The position numbers and the translations under genes are program-made. The notes beneath the pieces were generated by a model that searched no databases, was not told the DNA's origin, and saw only the letters and a list, made by a program, of their open reading frames with translations. This document shows positions 55,880 to 64,000 of a DNA stretch of 64,000 nt, in pieces (position 1 is the stretch's first letter; every line of letters begins with the position of its first letter). The DNA comes from Octopus sinensis (lineage: Eukaryota), in contig NC_043005.1 in the NCBI RefSeq assembly GCF_006345805.1, forward strand, positions 60,202,001 to 60,266,000, read 5' to 3'.

Positions 55880-56052
55880 ATGTATACGATGATCTTCTTT
55901 CAGTTTTCACCTACCAAATCCACTCACAAGGCTTTGATCGGCTCGATGCTATAGTAGAGGACACTCGCCCAAGTCGCCACGCAGTGAGACTGAACCCGGG
56001 ACCATGTGATTAGTAAGCAAGCTACTTACCACACAGCCATTCCTGCGTCTAT
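55880..56052 (-). mobile_element. tRNA-derived SINE, family C, 5' half
   Basis: Minus strand ggaatggctgtgtggtaagtagcttgct...cgggttcagtctcactgcgtggc. Confidence 0.85.
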
Positions 56053-56583
56053 AAATGTTTAAGTTCCTATAATTTCTATTTATTATGTACCATTGGTTTG
56101 TCTAATAACATTTTAAAACAAAAGTATCTAGAGAATAAAACTATAATTCATAAGGCTGCAAGCTGCTAATGTGTTCCGTGTATCTGAAGAAAAAAATATC
56201 ACTTTCAACAACTTAATTTTCTCTTCGTCCTAATGCATAGAAATGTAATGTAAACATAATCTAGGCTGAATTGGAAATGAATAACATTATTTCTAGTACT
56301 AGAATTCAGAGTCCTGTTGAAGTATAATTATATGGTGATAAAATATGTATGAATATTACATCTAAAGACGACGAGAGGATAGTACCGTTGAAAAGTAGTT
56401 CATTATAAAAGTAAAGTCATATTTTTGTATTAATTTCTTCGGCGGTTTCAGTATTTTTAAATTATTCATTACAGGTACAAAATTGCAAATTAGAAATTCA
56501 GCAGGTAAATAACTGTTACGTAATAATGAATGTAATTTGTATAGAATTATTGAAGAAAATTCAGTAATAAAAGTAGTTATACA

Positions 56584-56960
56584 TAGGCGTAGAGCTTTGC
56601 TGTGTGGTAATAAGTTTGCTTCCCGACTGCATGGTTCTGATTTCAATCCCACTGCATGGACATTGCATAAGTGTCTTCGAGCCCTGAGCCGACCGTGTGT
56701 GTGTGTGTGTGTGTGTGTGTGTTTACAGTAGTGTGCATATGTGTTCTCATGTGTTTTTTGCCGGTGTTTGTTCCCCACATTGCTTGATAACCGGTGTTGC
56801 TTTGTTTACATCTGCTGTGATTTAGCGTTTCGGCAAGGAGGTTGATAGCGTATGTACTGTTTTTTTTTATTATGAGAACTAGGGTCGATTTATTCGACTA
56901 AAAGCCTTCACAGTGCTAGCAAATCATGGCTGCAGTCAAGTGATTAAAATGATGAATGAA
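56584..56960 (+). mobile_element. tRNA-derived SINE, family C, with internal (TG)n
   Basis: Head gctgtgtggtaataagtttgcttcc...tcaatcccactgc; tail gggtcgatttattcgact...catggctgcagtcaag. Confidence 0.8.
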
Positions 56961-58470
56961 ATATTCTAGCGGAGCGTACGTGTACAATTCATTACTTTGT
57001 TTTTACACTGTGTATCCAGATCACAACCTCATTTCGACCTGAAACTATTAAGCTTATTTCACTAAGCATCATAAATCCGAGGGGGTTTAAACCGTTTACT
57101 GCATTATATTGACACAGAAAGGGAGAACATAGAGAAGAAGAGCGTGGTAGGTAAACAGATAGATAGAGACAAAGAGGCGGAGACAAAGAGAGAAAGAGAG
57201 AGAGAGAGAGTTTTTGAGTAGCATTAATTATAATTCTCTGCTACTTACAAAGGTAACACGAAGAACACCAGTTTATTTTTTCATAAAAGGTTGAATTCTG
57301 TCAATAAGGAAATCCTGATTCGTAAGTGAAAATGTAACACAAGTTCATCCAATTGTTCAACGTACTTACTGTACATTTGGCAGATTTATAGCCGGTCAAA
57401 TTACTGATATGTGGTTTTCGATGCTCTTGTAATAAATTTAAATTAGTACATAGGTATCTGAACGAAATATATTACAGACTCTAATTTCTGAGAAAATACA
57501 GGCGACAAAACGTCCGTCAAGATTTGTTGTCTATGCGATGACGGTTATAAGATGCAAGTAAGATGTTACTAAACTGTTTCTGATATACAACTCATATGTG
57601 TTATGATACAAATTAATTCTGTTCATTTGCATTGACAATAATATTGGCTTGATGCTAGACTTCCGGAAACAAGATTACAAAGTGTAACATCATTTAATTT
57701 TTTCTTTGTCTTTGGTCAGTAAATGTTATTTCATACTCGACACTATCAAGATATCAAAGGAAATAAATACTATTCTTTCCAAACTGTGGTTCTGTTACAT
57801 GGACATCAATGCTTTCTCACTGACTTATTTTCAATTATATTTCAAACAGATTTAGCGTTGAGTTGCTGAAGCAGAAATATTGTTATAGCACATATTCTGC
57901 TCGATACCACAGATTTACTGTTTAGTGGCTTCAGCATGCCACATAATGGCTGAAAATATATGATAATGAGCAGGAGTATTGGAAAGGCATCAAAGCCATG
58001 CGTTGAATGGGATTATTTGAGGCTTGAATAAATGCAGCAAAAGCAAAGTTTGAAGGAAATAGTCATTTTTCATACCTTCTAGTGATACGAATTTGGAGAA
58101 AACAGTTGCTATCCAAGGACAAAATCGTGTTACATAGTGTTATTCATAAATTGTTTTACTGCTTTAGCGGCACAACTGAAACTCCTCTATAATTGAACTG
58201 AAATACATTAATATTTCTTTTTACTGCGAGTCTAATTCAAGATTAGTTTCTACTATAATTGATAATTGATAAATTATGGTTGAGGTTCTAGGTCAATGAA
58301 ATCGAAATCAGTATTCCAATTTTAATAAGCGAATAAGTGGACATAGATATGACTTCAACACCAGTGAAATTTGATTCAAGGCACAAAGATATAAGGCATA
58401 AATTATGAATGATTATTTTTTGGCGCCATTGTATCACCGAAATTTTTATCTACACACACACACATATATA

Positions 58471-58510
<40 letters not shown>

Positions 58511-58639
58511 AATATATTGTTAAGCAAGCGGGCGCTACCAAGTTTAGTTATGGCAGAGAGACAAGTCTCTGGATAAGTATACTGCTGATAATTGTGACGC
58601 ACACACACATACACACACACACACACACATTTAAATACG

Positions 58640-58870
58640 TTTTAATCATTTTACTTGTGTCAGTCATTGGAGAGAGGCCTTGATGGAGCTCCAACAGCGA
58701 AGTTTTGTAGGACAAATCGATTCCAGAAATAATTTTTTTTATCTTTCTTATTCAATCAGTCTTATTGCCTGATCTGTTACGTTGCGGAGAAAACAGGGAC
58801 ATAAACAAAGCAACACCAGTTGTGAAGCGGTGAGGTAGACAAACACATAGACAATGACGCATGCATGAAT
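58640..58870 (-). mobile_element. SINE family C 3' half, decayed
   Basis: gtcagtcattgg...caaatcga...acataaacaaagcaacaccagttgtgaagcg. Confidence 0.6.
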
Positions 58871-58908
58871 ACACACACATGTATGTATGTGTATATATAT
58901 ATATATAT

Positions 58909-58988
<80 letters not shown>

Positions 58989-58989
58989 A

Positions 58990-59180
58990 CATTTATTCTT
59001 TTATTTGTTTCACACGTTAGATCGAGACCATGCTGGAGCACCGCCTGTACTCAAACAAATCGACCTCAGAGTTTTGTAAGCCTAGTACTTATTCTAACTG
59101 GTTCTTTTGACGAACTGCTAAATTACAGGGATGTAAACACGCCAGCATCATTTGTCAAGCGATGGTTGAGCGACGAAAAG

Positions 59181-59229
<49 letters not shown>

Positions 59230-59392
59230 CGACGGGCTTTTTTAGTTTCGGTCTACTAAATCCACTCACAAGTCTTTGATCGGTTTTGAGGCCACAGTAG
59301 AAAACATTTACCCGAGCTGCCACGCAGTGGGACCGAACTCGGAACCATATGGATGGTATGCAATCTACTTACCACACAACCACTCCTGCACA
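58990..59392 (-). mobile_element. Full-length tRNA-derived SINE, family C, with internal (CA)n(TA)n
   Basis: Head at 59390 (gcaggagtggttgtgtggtaagtag...gagttcggtcccactgc on the minus strand); tail catgctggagcaccgcc...aaatcgacc. Confidence 0.88.
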
Positions 59393-59401
59393 TATATCTA
59401 T

Positions 59402-59529
<128 letters not shown>

Positions 59530-59876
59530 GACCTGGTGGGCATAACCGGAATTTACACAACAAACGAGGATAGGGTGAAACTAAAGGAACAACACACCAT
59601 GATGTTTTTTGTAAAATATCATTAACAATTGTCAGCATAAAAACAAAGATTTACACGAACAACAATAAATGAGCCCTATACTAGATGTGCAGTCAACATA
59701 TTTATAACTGATAGGGCACAGAAAGTGTGTCTATAGCCAGCCGGAGGAGGTGTCTTCCTGGGGCTACAAACTACAGTAGCATCCACCCTTAGGGGTTAGC
59801 CATATTCAAATGGCAAATATACGTCACGATGTGTCGCCGCTACTGTTTATAACTCGCTCTGAGATTTATTATTGTT

Positions 59877-59923
<47 letters not shown>

Positions 59924-60283
59924 GGGTTTGTATGATTGTGTATAGAGGGATATATATTATTCAAAGGAATTCCGACTCTGTCTGTTTTTTATGTTTTATT
60001 TATATTCTTTGTAATATTAATGTAGAATATAGAATATATTGTATAAATAGTATATATGGTGTAAAATGAAATGAAGTATTGAATAGATGAAATATTAAAT
60101 ATCAAATATTAAGGAACTAGTATACTGTCTTGCATTAAAGCAGTCTTTAAGGTCCCAAGATGTGACAGGAATGTATCAACTGAAACAACTTAGAGTACTG
60201 ATTTTTTCGGTTTATATTCTCCTGGTGAACGTTTTTCTCTGTTTTGGAACTCTGGGTCTACTTTAATTTATGAGTCCGTGAGT

Positions 60284-60329
<46 letters not shown>

Positions 60330-61163
60330 AACTTTGATACATAATGCCATGCTGTGTCGTCTAACATTTAATTTCGGAGTACACGTGGTATACTAAATGA
60401 CATAATCTCTAATTCCATAAGCATGGCAATTTATCAGATTGTGTAACTTAATATCTATTAAAGAATATATAATTAATCATCTCAAATATATTCCAAACTT
60501 TAATCTATTCCTCTACAGCTGTTTCAATATATATATTGCGAAACATATAATCAATATATAATTGATACATAACAAATACTGGCTTGCAAGCATAAAGACG
60601 AGCATTAATACATGTAGAGACGTACATTGAGAAGTATATGTATCATTTCGTCTGTTTTATATATAGGGTAATAAGTTTCTATGAATCCTTTCCAAATTTA
60701 AGACTGTAAACTTTTTATTGCCTTTTGGTATTATGACTGATGGCAGCACGTTTAGTATTAAGACTTTTTGAGATGGCTATATTACATTTCTAGCATTATT
60801 TATGGTAAGATATAAAGATCCAAATTAAATATGATATGAAGGAAAAAGCTAGCATTGCATTAGAACAACTCTGTTTTGTCATTAATTTTATATTTCGAAT
60901 AAGTTTGTTTTCTTCTGGATACATATCGTGTATCGTTTGATATTATAAGCTATCGCATTCATTTTTAACAATAGTAAATATATCAGTACCATTTAAGAGG
61001 CATATGTTTATTAATCCAATTGAAGTACCATGAGAATCAAACTCTGAACTCTCCTGGTTGAATATCGAGTTTAAATGTGTAGTTAAGTTTCAAATGTGGC
61101 GTAGATGTCTGTGATAATCGAAATCTTTATAATTTTATTTAGTGATAGAAAGGTAGGGCTATC

Positions 61164-61164
<1 letters not shown>

Positions 61165-61219
<55 letters not shown>

Positions 61220-61312
61220 TATATACATATGCATGTATATGCATATACACATATATACATGCATACATATGCATACATATATACATATGTATATGCACGT
61301 GTGTATATGTAC

Positions 61313-61346
<34 letters not shown>

Positions 61347-61351
61347 GGATA

Positions 61352-61393
<42 letters not shown>

Positions 61394-61446
61394 CATGTAT
61401 ATGCATATGTATGTACATGCATATACACATATATACATGCATACAT

Positions 61447-61486
<40 letters not shown>

Positions 61487-61490
61487 ATGA

Positions 61491-61520
<30 letters not shown>
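61165..61520. repeat. (TA)n/(TACA)n/(TGCA)n compound microsatellite
   Basis: Direct inspection. Confidence 0.95.
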
Positions 61521-61521
<1 letters not shown>

Positions 61522-62929
61522 GTCAAAATGTATTTATTACAGTATCATTGTTTCTGCTGCTTACGTGTACTAGTGTCATTTGATAAATATTTATGAGCAT
61601 TTAGTCGATTCACTTACAATACATATTCATCCAAAGAAGACATTCCTATACAGATTCGGCCAAGATTTTCCACATGCAGGTGGGTAAAACAAATGAGATT
61701 CAAGTATTAGATAATCCATAAAGTATATTCTACGTGGGGGATCATAAAACCTCTAAGTTTAGTTGTATATATAATTACTAATTATCGTTAAGTAGAAACA
61801 TCCAAATGGTATCAGTTTTACAAGGAATTTTCCTCAAATAAACGAAATAATAAATCCTAATGTAAAACTTTTTCTTATTAAATAATTGAAATCTAGAATA
61901 AATTTAACTGTTCAAAAAGTATGCAATACTCGTTATCTTACATATGCATTACAGTTTCCATGGTGTAGCTTACGTTTAATTACATATTGAACACAATTAA
62001 AAAGGTATGTAAAAGAAAACTAGCGTCCTAAACAAACAGTAATGTGGAGATAAAGGCTCAGTTTCGTCTCAATCTCCGATGTAATTACAAATCTTTTGGC
62101 ACATTGTAAAATATAGATATATGAATGTTGCAATTAAAACGATTATCTTTTGTAGATTTGTTTGTTTTCATTAGGTGAAATATTTTTCAGTGAGTTCCAG
62201 GATATCGTATCGAAATAGCTATAGTATATAATTGATTATGTGCATGTGTTGAAATGTGAATATCTATGTGTTATTACATTTTCATCTATATGTGTATGTA
62301 CGATAGACCAGTTGGGTCTGTTCTTTTGAAAGACTCTCTCCTTCAGTAACTTATTTTCTCATTGCTTGAAACATCTGCAATAAATGTCTTTATATTTAAC
62401 AAGCATTCTCTCAACTTGATTTCTTGTTGCGCTTTAACTCTCATACTACTTGAAGGCGATATCAGATTTCAACCAGTACATATTTCTCATATCACACTTT
62501 GTTCACGTGCCTGCCCAAATAACAATATCTGAGTAAATATATAAAACATTACAATAGATCTCCTGTCAACTCACAAACATTTTTTATGGAAAATAATAAC
62601 AAAACAAGACAAATGTATATCTTTATTTGGAATTGGAATGGATGTAATGCAATTGTACGGAATTACCACACGCTTCAGAGAAAAGCTAAATAATTCTGTG
62701 CAAAAGTATTATATAATGCAAAGCAGTTTCGGACACCCCAAACGTGATATTTATCTTTCACAATATTCCTACGCCTCTCGATTTCAGTTTTTTTTTGCAT
62801 TAGAGAACGTTAGGATAACACTTACAAACTGGAAAAGTACTCAAGGCTCAAAACACATATACTGAGATGTGCATTACTTTCTGATATTTGAGTTATATTT
62901 AGAATTAAAAATGTACTGTCACCGCTTTT

Positions 62930-64000
62930 CTTTCAAACATTCAGTTTTGGAGATGATGTTTTGATGATAGGTAGTCTTTCGATATTGCAGATCGTCCCGT
63001 GAACATTTGTAAAAGTGACAAAAAAGTGAATTTTCCGTCGCTGAATATTTCCGAATGCTTAATTAATGAAATCTTGCGTAATTCCTCTTGTCGGATATGT
63101 TAACCCTGGATACTTGCACGCTGGCAGAAGGAATTATTTGTTTCGCCAATGTAATTTTTGGGACAGGTAATGCAGTATATGGGGTTTTGCAGTTCATATC
63201 TGCATTTATTTTGAAAAAGGAACCGCTCTTAAATTTTATGTGGGAACCACTTTCTAAATATTTGTATTTGCTATTGTTGTTGCATGTTCCACATCTCATG
63301 TCTCCAATTTCTTTTACTAAGAATTCTGATTCATTCTCTGATTTGAATTCTGCCCTTGTGAGGTGTTTCTTAAGAATTTTGGTTGGCGTCTACTATTCCG
63401 TAATGTGTTTTTTCAATCAGATTTTTCATTTTGGGTTTTTTTAGGAGTATATGTAAGTTTGGTTTTATGGCGTGAAAGATTTTGGTTATTCCAGGACTAT
63501 AAGTGTTAACGAACGGAATCGTGTTTTCAGTAACTTTTTCTTCAGGGGTCCGCAGTTGGGTGATATTCAGTTTCATCGCCTTTTTAATTCCCTCATTAAT
63601 TAATCCTAAGGAGTATTTCTGCATCGTGAGAAAGACTTTGAGTTCGTTGAGTCGGATTCAGCGTATTTTGGTGTCAGTCTTTATAGCATAGATGTGTCTT
63701 GCCATGCTGTATGGAATGTTTCTTTTGATGTGTGATGGATGGCAAGAGTAGAAATTTAAATATTGGTGTGTGTCAGATTTTTGTAAAGTATGTCTGTTGT
63801 GACTATGGAGTTTTGTATTTTTATGTGCATATCCAGGAATGGTAATTCACAGCAACTGGATTCTGTCGCGAGAGATGGGTGAAGTGTGTTCAGTATATTG
63901 TTAAATATACTTAGATATTCATTCGATCTGTCCCAGAAGATGAAGCAATCATCAAGGTGGTGTTTCCACTTTTTAATGATATAATTCTTGTACTCTTGAT
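62930..64000 (-). mobile_element. Penelope-like element (RT C-terminus and GIY-YIG), continuing beyond the window
   Basis: Minus strand HLDDCFIFW, LPFLDM, THQYLNFYSCHPSHIKRNIPYSMAR, IPFVNTYSP and IYCITCPKNYIGET. Confidence 0.9.

Noticed and set aside
57600-58350. Possible Charlie-type hAT remnant (YH...V*WL; QGQN)
   Set aside because: The motif similarity is too weak to support a call.
61650-61685. 26-nt ag...gt-bounded micro-exon
   Set aside because: Too short to distinguish from chance.
62640-62690. Possible hammerhead downstream of the minus-strand Penelope-like element (CTGAAG...ACAATTG)
   Set aside because: The core is incomplete (no CUGANGA/GAAA pair) and stem II has no partner strand; at most a decayed relic.

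Overview
Eukaryotic, very AT-rich, repeat-dominated DNA with no host protein-coding gene that I can confidently identify. The SINE families, the Dong/R4, Tx1-like and Penelope-like elements and the abundant (TA)n arrays resemble an octopus (coleoid cephalopod) intergenic or intronic region. That assignment comes from recall of repeat families, not from a search. Almost all predicted ORFs are translated microsatellites or decayed transposon fragments. Supportable content: a near full-length decayed R4/Dong retrotransposon (about 12.2-15.7 kb), two DD37D/maT elements, a DD34D mariner, two Penelope-like (GIY-YIG) remnants, fragments of Tx1/L1, RTE, CR1, hAT, Tc1, P-like and Gypsy elements, and many tRNA-derived SINEs. 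Main findings: (1) a structurally complete type I hammerhead ribozyme with an unusually long stem II at 46325-46431, downstream of a Penelope-like element that is bracketed by about 380-bp inverted repeats; (2) a palindromic element carrying minimal hammerhead motifs at 29691-29875; (3) a microhomology-primed templated insertion at 16205-16256 copied from 17881-17934; (4) a 3'-UTR stem-loop with a shared CGTAGG loop in two diverged Tx1-like families; (5) a SINE enclosed by mirror-image (GATA)n/(TATC)n arms that share a point variant. All alignments were done by eye, so identities and element boundaries are approximate.
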